IMG/VR virus record: IMGVR_UViG_3300033076_000936
Location: 1 to 30,240 of that record
Reading direction: 5' to 3' (one strand)
Length of the DNA stretch: 30,240 bases
Source of the DNA: a virus
Taxonomy: Duplodnaviria > Caudoviricetes
Shown: one piece after another, positions 7,569-16,273 of the stretch
Layout: every line of letters begins with the position of its first letter
Position numbering within the stretch: position 1 is the stretch's first letter
The notes under the pieces: model-generated
What the model saw: only the letters and a program-made list of their open reading frames with translations
Databases searched by the model: none
What the model was told of the DNA's origin: nothing
Made by a program: the position numbers and the translations under genes

Positions 7569-10364
7569 ATGGCAACTCAAGTATTCGTTAGTCCTGGTGT
7601 TTATACCTCTGAAAAAGACTTAACTTTTGTTACACGTCAAGTTGGTGTAACTACACTTGGTTTGGTAGGTGAGACTACAATAGGTCCTGCTTTCCAGCCA
7701 ATCTTCATTAGCAATTATGGAGAATTCCAATCTTTCTTCGGTGGGTTGAACGCTACCAAAGTTAAAGACACAGGGGCTCCACAATATGAACTTCCTTACA
7801 TCGCTAAATCTTATCTTTCTCAGTCAAACCAATTATTCGTAACAAGAGTATTAGGTTTTTCTGGTTATGATGCAGGTATGGCATGGGGTATCGCTTTAGA
7901 TGCAGCTATGGACCCATCAACATCTGGAACAACTTCAGGTGGTGGTTCTTACAATCCGCTTATTAGCTTCAGCGCTACTTCTGCTGGTACTATTACAAGT
8001 CTTGTATCTGCTGACCCATTGGTGCAATCATTAATTGATGATGGTTCGTTGTTACCAGTTTTGTCAACTTTGGCTGGTGTAAACACTGGAACTACTTTTA
8101 CTATTACACCTACATTTAGAAAGGTTGGTACAACTTTTACTGGTGCATCTTTCAACCTTTATGTTAAAAACTCTAACTATGCAACACATGGTAGTGGTAT
8201 AATAACTGGTACAACAACTGGTGTTACTCAATATTATACAGGTTCATCTTATACAGAGGTAGAAAACAAATTGGTGGCGTTGCTTCGTTCTAGAGCAACT
8301 ATCAATGTGAACACACAACAACCTAACTTTGAACTTACTGCTACAACTAGCGTTATCTTTGACCCAGCTTATACTGGTGCTACTGCTGACCCACTAGGTT
8401 TGTTTGCATTGACTGGTTCTTCTACATTGCAAGGTGCGTTTGAATACCAAGTATCTATGGATAGAACTCAAAGAAACTATCTTCCAAAAGTATTGGGCAG
8501 AACAGCACAAGATGGTAACACTGCTTTATATGTTGAAGAATTGTATGACCATATGTTCAAAACATACAATGCAGATGGTAAGGTTAGAGGTATAAAACAA
8601 GCTTTGGTTCCTTATTCTAATGAATTCTCCGATTACACACAAGAATATAGCCCAGCTGTAACTCCTTATGTTGTATCAGAATTGCGTGGTAACAAAGTTT
8701 TGAGATTGTTCAGAATGTTAACTATTTCTGATGGTAACGCAGCAAACGAACAATTCAAAATTTCTATCGTTAACATCAAACCAGATGCTAAAGAATTTGA
8801 CGTGCATGTTAGAAGTTTCTACGATACAGATGCACAACCTGTAGTTTTAGAAGCATTTGCTCGTTGTACTATGGACCCAACTTCTGCAAACTTTATTGGT
8901 AGAAGAATTGGTACTATCGATGGTACTTACGTATCTAACTCATCTTATATCCTTATTGAATTGGATGACACAACAGATACTAGCGATGCTTTCCCAGCAG
9001 GTTTCGAAGGTTTACCTATTCGTAATTATCAAGCTAATAGTCAATCAACTGTGCTTAACCCAAGCATCATGTATAAGACTGCTTATGGTCAATTTGAAAA
9101 CAAGCGTAAGTTCTATTTAGGTCTTACTGAAACTGTTGGTATTGACGCTGACTTCTTCGATTACAAAGGTATTTCTGCAACTGGTTCAGCTTGGACTGGT
9201 GTAACTGATGGTTTCCACATGGATATTGACGCTACTGGTGTTACAAATTCAAACGTAACATTTGAAGTTGGTGCGGCTCAATTTAGAACTGATGCTGGTT
9301 TGGTTGGCGGTCCATATGAAAAAATCTACGCTCGTAAATTCACATTCGCACCTTACGGTGGTTTTGATGGATGGGATGTTTACAGAACTAGAAGAAGTAA
9401 CACTGATGGATTCATCATTAATGGTTCACAAGGTCAAGCTGGTTTAACTAGTGGTGCATTCATGAATAGAACACTTTCAAATGGTGATTTGGGTATAAAC
9501 TCAGACTACTATGCATACTTGGAAGCTATGTGGACGTTCAGAAATCCAGAAGCTGTTAATATCAATGTGTTTGCTACTCCTGGTATTGATACTATGGATA
9601 ACACAAACTTGGTTGAAGCAGCAATCGAAATGGTTGAAACTGAAAGAGCTGACTCATTGTACATCGTTACAACTCCAGATACTAGCAGTAATGATACCAT
9701 GACTGTTGATGATGTTGTTGATATATTGACTGACCAATTCGATAGTAACTACACATGTACTTATTGGCCATGGGTTCAAATCAATGACGCTGAAAACAAC
9801 GTATTGATTTTCGTTCCACCAACAAGAGACGTAGTTCGTAACATTGCGTTGACTGACAATATCGCATTCCCATGGTTTGCAGTTGCAGGTATCCAACGTG
9901 GTGATGTTGACGCAATCCAAGCTCGTAAAAAGCTTACATTGGCAGAAAGAGATACTCTTTATGAAAATAGAATTAACCCAATCGCTACTTTCACTTCTGA
10001 TGGTATCAAGATTTGGGGTAACAAAACACTTCAAGTTAAGGAAACAGCTCTTAACAGAATCAACGTAAGAAGATTGTTGTTGCAAGCTCGTAAACTTATC
10101 TCCGCTGTGTCTATCAGATTGTTGTTCGAACAAAACGATGCAGTTGTTAGAAATCAATTCTTGTCTCTTGTTAATCCAATCTTGGATAACATCAGAACAG
10201 AAAGAGGTTTGACTGACTTCCGTGTTGTTCTTTCAAATAACCCAGAAGACATCGATAGAAATCAATTGACTGGTCAAATCTTCTTAAAACCAACTAGAAG
10301 TCTTGAATTCATCCAAATTGAATTTGTTATCATGAACACTGGTGCATCTTTCAATAACATCTAA
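7569..10364 (+). CDS. Contractile tail sheath protein (T4 gp18-like), 931 aa
   Basis: N-terminal FVSPGVYTSEKDL. C-terminal sheath motifs YWPWV, PWFAVAGIQRG, LYENRINPI, IWGNKTLQ, LNRINVRRLLL, FEQND and IFLKPTRSLEFIQIEF. Confidence 0.96.
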   Translation: MATQVFVSPGVYTSEKDLTFVTRQVGVTTLGLVGETTIGPAFQPIFISNYGEFQSFFGGLNATKVKDTGAPQYELPYIAKSYLSQSNQLFVTRVLGFSGYDAGMAWGIALDAAMDPSTSGTTSGGGSYNPLISFSATSAGTITSLVSADPLVQSLIDDGSLLPVLSTLAGVNTGTTFTITPTFRKVGTTFTGASFNLYVKNSNYATHGSGIITGTTTGVTQYYTGSSYTEVENKLVALLRSRATINVNTQQPNFELTATTSVIFDPAYTGATADPLGLFALTGSSTLQGAFEYQVSMDRTQRNYLPKVLGRTAQDGNTALYVEELYDHMFKTYNADGKVRGIKQALVPYSNEFSDYTQEYSPAVTPYVVSELRGNKVLRLFRMLTISDGNAANEQFKISIVNIKPDAKEFDVHVRSFYDTDAQPVVLEAFARCTMDPTSANFIGRRIGTIDGTYVSNSSYILIELDDTTDTSDAFPAGFEGLPIRNYQANSQSTVLNPSIMYKTAYGQFENKRKFYLGLTETVGIDADFFDYKGISATGSAWTGVTDGFHMDIDATGVTNSNVTFEVGAAQFRTDAGLVGGPYEKIYARKFTFAPYGGFDGWDVYRTRRSNTDGFIINGSQGQAGLTSGAFMNRTLSNGDLGINSDYYAYLEAMWTFRNPEAVNINVFATPGIDTMDNTNLVEAAIEMVETERADSLYIVTTPDTSSNDTMTVDDVVDILTDQFDSNYTCTYWPWVQINDAENNVLIFVPPTRDVVRNIALTDNIAFPWFAVAGIQRGDVDAIQARKKLTLAERDTLYENRINPIATFTSDGIKIWGNKTLQVKETALNRINVRRLLLQARKLISAVSIRLLFEQNDAVVRNQFLSLVNPILDNIRTERGLTDFRVVLSNNPEDIDRNQLTGQIFLKPTRSLEFIQIEFVIMNTGASFNNI

Positions 10365-10381
10365 TTATTAATCATATCAAT

Positions 10382-10408
10382 AAAAAGGCCCCTTATAGGG
10401 GCTTTTTT
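10382..10408 (+). terminator. Rho-independent terminator after the sheath gene
   Basis: AAAAAG-GCCCC-TTATA-GGGGC-TTTTTT. Confidence 0.9.
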
Positions 10409-10429
10409 ATTTTTTTAGGTTATTCCAGA

Positions 10430-10437
10430 TATTTATA
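10430..10437 (+). promoter_or_regulatory. Putative late promoter TATTTATA
   Basis: Lies directly after the terminator and 13 nt before ATG 10451. Confidence 0.7.
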
Positions 10438-10450
10438 AAAAAACAAAATC

Positions 10451-12820
10451 ATGAGTAAAAAAGTAATTTTAACTGAGCAACAACATGCTGTTATTATCAA
10501 CGAAATTCTTAGAGAAACAGTTGAGAAATTAGACATCATGGAAGCTGAAGGTAGATTGGATGAGGGGTTTTGGGATACAATCAAATATGCATTATCTAAA
10601 CTAGGCAGATACAAAGCTGGTGGAAAGATATTTGGCAAAGGCGCTGTAGATTCAGAATACACTGATAGAATCCAACAAATCATAGATAAAAAGGGAAATG
10701 AAATGATTAAGCAATTAGACGCTAAAATCAAAGAAGAAAACCCAGAATTCCCAAACAACAAAGACCCACAATTATTCTTATCAACAGTTATGGGAATTGC
10801 GCAAATATACGATTCAATCGTTGCCGCAACAAAGAAAAAACCAGACGAACAAGGTTATATGCCAATTGATGTTGCAAATGGTGTAATTACTGATTTAAGA
10901 GAATACGTTAAAAAATATTTGGATGTTGATTTGGCTGCTGTTTATTCAGGATTCAACGAAGGTGAGGAAGAAGAAAATTTAATGAATGAAGAATATTCAT
11001 TAAGTGAAGAAGATTTGGAGACTATGGATGAAGAATACGGTATCAACGAAGCTGAACCATTAGATGCTAAAAATGTTAGACAAGGACTTCAAGCAAAAAG
11101 AGGTGAAGGTGAAGATTTTCAAAGCTCTAGAATGGATACACTTAAATCTAACAAGCTTCCATTGCTTATGGCTGGTGTTGGTGCGTCATTGGGTGCATTT
11201 AGCTGGTTAGCAAATACTGATTGGTTCAAACATTTATTTGATAAACCATTCAACTATACAGATACAGAAACAACAACACAAATCGTTCAGTCAAAAGCTG
11301 AGGCGTTGAATGATATTAAAAACGGTGAGGGTGTTTATAAACTTTTAGGTCGTGTTACTGACCATCCTTTGGATGGAAATTCTGACCCATCGGAGTTGGT
11401 GAATGCGCTTAAACAAATCGGTGGCGGTGACGCTCACAAAGGTGTTGATTTATTGTGTCAAAAAGGTGGTGTGATGATGAAACCTGATATTGCAGCAAAA
11501 GGTTTGCATGATTTGGTTAATAATCCTGGACAATATAGTACACTTAATGATATGTTCCACGGTGCTACATCTGGAACTGGTAAATTAACACCAATTGACA
11601 CTACTTCTTACGGTACAATTGCTGGTAGAAGTTTAACTTCAATCATTGTTAAGTCTTTACCACAAATCATTACAAAAACAGTTATAAAGACTGGCATTAA
11701 AACTGGTGCTGGATATGCAGCTGCAAAAGGATTTGCATCTGTGTTAGGCCCTATTGGTTTGGCGTTGGTTGCTGGTGGTGCTTTGGTTAAATTGATTCGA
11801 ATGAAAGGTCAAAAATCATCAAGAGCTGCTACCCTTAATACTTTATATCAATCAATTAGAAACATTGAAGGTGGTTTAGGTTTATATGATAACCAAAACG
11901 GTGAAGGTGGTGAAAATCCTTCTGGTGATAAAGGTGCTGGTGCAGGTACTGGAAAAGGTGGTTCACAAGATGCATTGTATAATGGTTTGAAGAACTTGTT
12001 CCAATTTATCGTTAACAACAAAGGAACATTGGGTGCTGGTGCTATGGGAAAGGTTGCCGCTGGTAACAGAGGTGATAGAACATACAAAGGTGGTCAAATA
12101 ATGAAGGGTGGAAGAGCTGCTCAAAAAGGTGGTGAAACACAAAGTGCTCGTGAAAGATTCTTTAAAAACCAAAATCAAGTAAGAGAAGGTGAAGAAATGG
12201 TCTTTGAAGGTAAGTATATTACTGACAAGCGTGTTCTTCAATACATGGAAAAATCGTTGCCATTTGAAAAGGTTAAAAACTTTGAAGACCTTATTGGTCG
12301 TGTAGAATATATCAGAAACGTACTTAGAAAAATGGGTGCTAACACTGGTGATAAAGTAATTGATGGATTTTTGAAGCAATTAGAAAGCAACCCTATTATG
12401 GCTACTGACTTTTCAAAATTGTTTGCTGTTAACCCATCAAACCCACAAGAAGTAAACAGCCTTATGGGTATGGTTAAAGAGATTTTATCGACTGTATATT
12501 CAAACCAATACAAGTTTGGTAATATGGTTGCTAAAATGGGTACTTTAGGTGGTGGAAACATCAACAAATTAGAAGAAGCGCCAGCATACAATGCGGCTCA
12601 ACCTAATAAGTCTTTTGCTAAAGATGCTCAAAGCAAAACTGCTTTCAAAAACAATTTGGTGAAATTCTTAACAACTGCAATGAATTTATTCCAATACTTG
12701 CATAAGATGAAAACTCAGCAACCTAAGCAACAACCAAGAGCTGGTGCCCCAGTAGCTGAAAATGCAAATCCAATTTTGGAAAATGAAATCGACAGAATTA
12801 GAAAAATCATGTTAGGATAA
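10451..12820 (+). CDS. 789-aa unknown protein, candidate head-internal or ejected protein with hydrophobic segments
   Basis: N-terminal KKVILTEQQH motif, acidic linkers, two hydrophobic G/A-rich stretches (LPLLMAGVGASLGAFSWLA; FASVLGPIGLALVAGGALVKLI) and C-terminal ILENEIDRIRKIM. Confidence 0.55.
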   Translation: MSKKVILTEQQHAVIINEILRETVEKLDIMEAEGRLDEGFWDTIKYALSKLGRYKAGGKIFGKGAVDSEYTDRIQQIIDKKGNEMIKQLDAKIKEENPEFPNNKDPQLFLSTVMGIAQIYDSIVAATKKKPDEQGYMPIDVANGVITDLREYVKKYLDVDLAAVYSGFNEGEEEENLMNEEYSLSEEDLETMDEEYGINEAEPLDAKNVRQGLQAKRGEGEDFQSSRMDTLKSNKLPLLMAGVGASLGAFSWLANTDWFKHLFDKPFNYTDTETTTQIVQSKAEALNDIKNGEGVYKLLGRVTDHPLDGNSDPSELVNALKQIGGGDAHKGVDLLCQKGGVMMKPDIAAKGLHDLVNNPGQYSTLNDMFHGATSGTGKLTPIDTTSYGTIAGRSLTSIIVKSLPQIITKTVIKTGIKTGAGYAAAKGFASVLGPIGLALVAGGALVKLIRMKGQKSSRAATLNTLYQSIRNIEGGLGLYDNQNGEGGENPSGDKGAGAGTGKGGSQDALYNGLKNLFQFIVNNKGTLGAGAMGKVAAGNRGDRTYKGGQIMKGGRAAQKGGETQSARERFFKNQNQVREGEEMVFEGKYITDKRVLQYMEKSLPFEKVKNFEDLIGRVEYIRNVLRKMGANTGDKVIDGFLKQLESNPIMATDFSKLFAVNPSNPQEVNSLMGMVKEILSTVYSNQYKFGNMVAKMGTLGGGNINKLEEAPAYNAAQPNKSFAKDAQSKTAFKNNLVKFLTTAMNLFQYLHKMKTQQPKQQPRAGAPVAENANPILENEIDRIRKIMLG

Positions 12821-12822
12821 GC

Positions 12823-13224
12823 ATGGCAAAAATTATTATAACTGAAAGACAATACAAACTCATTTTAGAAAGTGAGAAAAAGAAACCTATAAATGAGGAC
12901 ATTAAAAGTGTCCTCATGGGTGTTTCTTTGCTTATGGGTGTAAACCTTAGTGGTCTTAATAAAGATATGGCTGAAAGAGCTTTGAACGATGAAGCTACAA
13001 TGTCTGAAATTAAAACAACTTTGGAGGATAGAGATAAAACAGATGAGTTGATTGAGTTGTTGAAGGCAAAAGGGTTAAAAGACCCTGACCAAACTTTAGC
13101 AACAAAAGCTGATAGTGTTGTAGAAAAGTTTAATGATTTTGCAAATAAAGCTAATTTAAAACAAAAAATGAATTTCGTAACAGTTTACAACTTAAAAAGT
13201 TTAACTGAACCGAATAAAAAATAA
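12823..13224 (+). CDS. 133-aa unknown protein sharing the N-terminal motif
   Basis: MAKIIITERQYKLILE start and one hydrophobic stretch (VLMGVSLLMGVNL). Confidence 0.6.
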   Translation: MAKIIITERQYKLILESEKKKPINEDIKSVLMGVSLLMGVNLSGLNKDMAERALNDEATMSEIKTTLEDRDKTDELIELLKAKGLKDPDQTLATKADSVVEKFNDFANKANLKQKMNFVTVYNLKSLTEPNKK

Positions 13225-13233
13225 CAATCGCTA

Positions 13234-13279
13234 TATTTATAATAAAGTCCAGGAAAATAAAACAAACTGGATATTTATA
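13234..13279 (+). promoter_or_regulatory. Tandem putative late promoters before the tube gene
   Basis: TATTTATA at 13234-13241 and 13272-13279. Confidence 0.7.
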
Positions 13280-13314
13280 AACAAATAAGAACAAAAAACA
13301 AAAACTAATAGAAC

Positions 13315-13803
13315 ATGGCTGATTTACTAATGAAAATGCCTTTGCCTTACGAACCTAAGAAAAAGAATCGTTGGCTTATTACGTTCCCTTCTGACCTAGG
13401 TATTCAACAATGGTGGTTATCAACGGCATCAAGACCATCAATTACTCAGAACGAAGTGGAAATCCCATTCCTTAACACATCTACTTGGGTTATTGGTCGT
13501 TTTACATGGGAATCAATTGATGTGACTTTCCGTGACCCTATTGGTCCGTCTGCATCACAAGCTATTATGGAGTGGGTTCGTCTTCACTCTGAATCTATCA
13601 CTGGCCGTCAAGGTTACGCAGCTGGTTACAAGCGTCCTGTAGAATTGGAAATGCTTGACCCGACTGGTGTAGTTGTTGAGAAATGGTTATTGGATGGAAC
13701 TATGCTTACCAACGTTGGTTTCGGTGACTTGTCAATGGATGACGATGGTATTGCTGAAATAACTGCGACCTTGCGTTTTGACAGAGCTATCTTATTGTTC
13801 TAA
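13315..13803 (+). CDS. Tail tube protein (T4 gp19-like)
   Basis: 162 aa with YEPKKKNRW, RPSI...VEIPF, GRFTWESIDVTFRD, IMEW, YKRPVELEMLDPTGVVVEKWLL and EITATLRFD. Lies downstream of the sheath gene. Confidence 0.92.
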   Translation: MADLLMKMPLPYEPKKKNRWLITFPSDLGIQQWWLSTASRPSITQNEVEIPFLNTSTWVIGRFTWESIDVTFRDPIGPSASQAIMEWVRLHSESITGRQGYAAGYKRPVELEMLDPTGVVVEKWLLDGTMLTNVGFGDLSMDDDGIAEITATLRFDRAILLF

Positions 13804-13807
13804 TATT

Positions 13808-13921
13808 ATGGCAAAAGCAAAAAAACCAGGAAAACCTAAAGGTAACCGAGGTAACATATTGAAGAATATGAGACGTATCCAAGAAAATCATAGAATTTTA
13901 AAAGAACTATCTGAAAAATAA
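13808..13921 (+). CDS. 37-aa basic micro-protein (absent from the ORF track)
   Basis: MAKAKKPGKPKGNRGNILKNMRRIQENHRILKELSEK*. It starts 4 nt after the tube stop and ends just before the terminator. Confidence 0.65.
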   Translation: MAKAKKPGKPKGNRGNILKNMRRIQENHRILKELSEK

Positions 13922-13922
13922 T

Positions 13923-13950
13923 AAAAAGCCACCACTTAGGTGGCTTTTTT
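13923..13950 (+). terminator. Rho-independent terminator, potentially bidirectional
   Basis: AAAAAGCCACC-ACTTA-GGTGGCTTTTTT. Confidence 0.9.
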
Positions 13951-14023
13951 ATTTCTATTTACAAAAAAATTCGATAGGTTATATTTATCTGTAACGTTAT
14001 AACAAAACAAGAACAGTTTTTAT

Positions 14024-15274
14024 ATGGAAAGAAAACCAAATGTAATCCCTAGTAGGGAACAAAGAGACGCTGCTGATGAAAGAGCAAAAATTGCAGCGTT
14101 TGAGGCTGAAAAAGCTAAAGCAACACAAGAAATTTATGTTAATTCAACAACACCAGATGACACACCTAATGGTCATGTTGATGCTGTTGAAGCTATGCGT
14201 AGAAGAACTGAACAACAATTGGCCATGCGACAACAAAATGGTGTTGTTCAAGACCCTTCTTTGGCTGAAAAACCAGCACCAAGAGCGTTAACTAAGCAAG
14301 AACAAGAAATGTTAGACATTAGAAAAAGAGCTGAAGAGCAAATGCGTATTCGTGATGAGCATTTGGCTATGAATGCTAATCAAACTAAAAACTATCAAAC
14401 ACAATATAACGAAGCTGAAACAAGAAAAACACAACCAATGGTTCCAAGCACACCCATACAGTCACCTGTACAACAACCCCAAAGCTATGGAGAAGTTCCA
14501 AAGTCTGTTGACAATTACATTATTCAATTGAGTCAACCTAATTTTAATTCATCTTTTGATGTTATTCCTTTACCATCACAAGGCAAAGTTTACAGGTCAA
14601 AAAAACCTAGCGTGAAAGTATCTTACATGACTACAGCTGATGAAAGCATATTGACTAGTCCTAACTTGTTAGAAAGCGGTCAATTTTTAGAAATTCTTAT
14701 CAATAGAAAGCTTTTAGAAACTGATATTCGTTATGAAGACCTTTTGGTTGGTGATAGAAATGCTATCATGATTTGGTTGAGAGCAACAGCTTACGGGGAA
14801 ATGTATCCAGTTACTTTCTTTGATGAGAATGACATGCCATTTGATACAGAAATTAATTTAAATGATTTGAAATTTAAATATTTGGGAGCTGAAGCTGATG
14901 CTGAAGGATTATTTGATTTTGTTATGCCTTTGAGCAAAAATCAAATCAAATTTAGATTAGTAACTTGTGGTATGACAGACGAAATTGAGGCTATCTTGAA
15001 AAGAGATAAAGAAAATGGTATACCAGTAAACAATACTGCAACTTATACAATGGAAAGAATGATTGTAGAAGTTAACGGAAACAGAGATAAAAGTGTTATT
15101 AGAAATTTTGTTGAAAATGCTAGAATTGCCGATTCAAAAGCATTCATGGAACATGTAGAAAAAATTAACTGTGGTGTTGATATGGAAATAACGGTTCAGA
15201 CTCCTGGAGGTGGGTCTATCAAAACCTTTCTTCCCCTTAACTTACACTTTTTTTGGCCTGACTTCAAGTTATAA
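14024..15274 (+). CDS. Tail assembly chaperone / baseplate hub assembly protein (T4 gp26-like) with a long low-complexity N-terminus
   Basis: Motifs IPLPSQGKVY, YMTTADESIL, LLVGDRNAIMIWLRATAYG, an internal repeat MPLSKNQIKFRL and a C-terminal FFWP. It lies between tube and tape measure. The first ~170 aa are Q/E/P-rich. Confidence 0.75.
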   Translation: MERKPNVIPSREQRDAADERAKIAAFEAEKAKATQEIYVNSTTPDDTPNGHVDAVEAMRRRTEQQLAMRQQNGVVQDPSLAEKPAPRALTKQEQEMLDIRKRAEEQMRIRDEHLAMNANQTKNYQTQYNEAETRKTQPMVPSTPIQSPVQQPQSYGEVPKSVDNYIIQLSQPNFNSSFDVIPLPSQGKVYRSKKPSVKVSYMTTADESILTSPNLLESGQFLEILINRKLLETDIRYEDLLVGDRNAIMIWLRATAYGEMYPVTFFDENDMPFDTEINLNDLKFKYLGAEADAEGLFDFVMPLSKNQIKFRLVTCGMTDEIEAILKRDKENGIPVNNTATYTMERMIVEVNGNRDKSVIRNFVENARIADSKAFMEHVEKINCGVDMEITVQTPGGGSIKTFLPLNLHFFWPDFKL

Positions 15275-15533
15275 AGTACCGTTACTTGAAGAGATATACA
15301 TATGTACACAGCACTTAAAAGGAATAACTTATTCAGACGTAATGGCAATGCCAACATATGAAAGAAGATTCTTTTTAGGGCAAAAAACCAAAGAAATAAG
15401 CAAACAAGAAGAGCAAATGGAACAAGCTAGAGAACAATCTGATAAAAGAAACTCTAAAGGTTCCAGAACAAGTAGAGTTTCTGGCGATGCTTTAAAAACA
15501 AGGATGCAAAATGGTGATATACCATTATCTTAA
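15210..15533 (+). CDS. gp51-like / chaperone extension ORF, probably expressed by frameshift from the upstream gene
   Basis: Overlaps the upstream ORF in the +1 frame across a T7G run (15248-15255). The motif YSDVMAMPTYERRFFL resembles small gp51-like proteins. The only upstream start is a GTG, and the first in-frame ATG (15342) falls inside the conserved-looking part. Confidence 0.6.
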   Translation: MGLSKPFFPLTYTFFGLTSSYKVPLLEEIYICTQHLKGITYSDVMAMPTYERRFFLGQKTKEISKQEEQMEQAREQSDKRNSKGSRTSRVSGDALKTRMQNGDIPLS

Positions 15534-15534
15534 T

Positions 15535-15560
15535 AAAAATCCCCTTTTATGGGGATTTTT
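15535..15560 (+). terminator. Rho-independent terminator
   Basis: AAAAATCCCC-TTTTAT-GGGGATTTTT. Confidence 0.85.
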
Positions 15561-15593
15561 AATTTGTTTGATATTTATAATAAAACCCGTAAA

Positions 15594-16262
15594 ATGAAGA
15601 TAAAGATAAACGAAGAGCAATATAGCAAGTTGGTTAAGTCTTTGCAAGAAGCGGCACCACAAGCCAATCAACCTGCACAACAACCAGCGCAAAATACCCA
15701 ACAACCATCAGATAGCAAAGCTATGGTTGATGCGATTGCAAACGACCCTTCAATGAAACAAGCCTTTTATAAACAACCAAGTTTATGGAATATTATGAAA
15801 AGTGCTTTGAAAGGTGAAAAAAGAAAAGGTACTGGTATAGTTCCAGCTGAAGATATTATTAGACAGTATGGTTTGACAAATTTAAATAAAGATATTGCTT
15901 CAATTATCAAAAACTTTAATTTTAACAAACCAGTTACATATGAGTTATTAACTAACACAATTACATTTCCATCATCAAAACAAGGTGCTCAACCAATTGT
16001 TTTTCAAAAAAATAAAAAATATAGTGCAGTAGTTACTTCACCTAATGTTGGTGATAACTATTTGGTTTTAACGGATGGAGGCGCTAAAGTTAAAATTTTC
16101 ATCAAAAGCAAAAATCAAAAACAACCTGGTAGAAATGTTTTTGATGTTGTTTTCAATAAAATGATACTAGACGCACAAGGTAAAATGGTTAAAAGCCAAA
16201 TAAATGCAACTATCATGATTGATAGCAAGAAAGGTTCTGGATATTACGATTACAAAAGATAA
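15594..16262 (+). CDS. 222-aa unknown basic protein sharing the N-terminal motif (start revised from 15549)
   Basis: ATG 15549 lies inside the terminator. TATTTATA at 15572-15579 precedes ATG 15594, giving MKIKINEEQYSKLVKSLQE. Confidence 0.65.
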   Translation: MKIKINEEQYSKLVKSLQEAAPQANQPAQQPAQNTQQPSDSKAMVDAIANDPSMKQAFYKQPSLWNIMKSALKGEKRKGTGIVPAEDIIRQYGLTNLNKDIASIIKNFNFNKPVTYELLTNTITFPSSKQGAQPIVFQKNKKYSAVVTSPNVGDNYLVLTDGGAKVKIFIKSKNQKQPGRNVFDVVFNKMILDAQGKMVKSQINATIMIDSKKGSGYYDYKR

Positions 16263-16273
16263 AATATTAGCAA

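Noticed and set aside
13248-13271. TCCAG...CTGGA inverted repeat between the tandem tube promoters
   Set aside because: It has only a 5-bp stem with a 14-nt loop, which is compatible with chance.
15549-15593. Track start for the 237-aa ORF
   Set aside because: The ATG is inside a terminator hairpin and upstream of the promoter motif. ATG 15594 yields the shared N-terminal motif.
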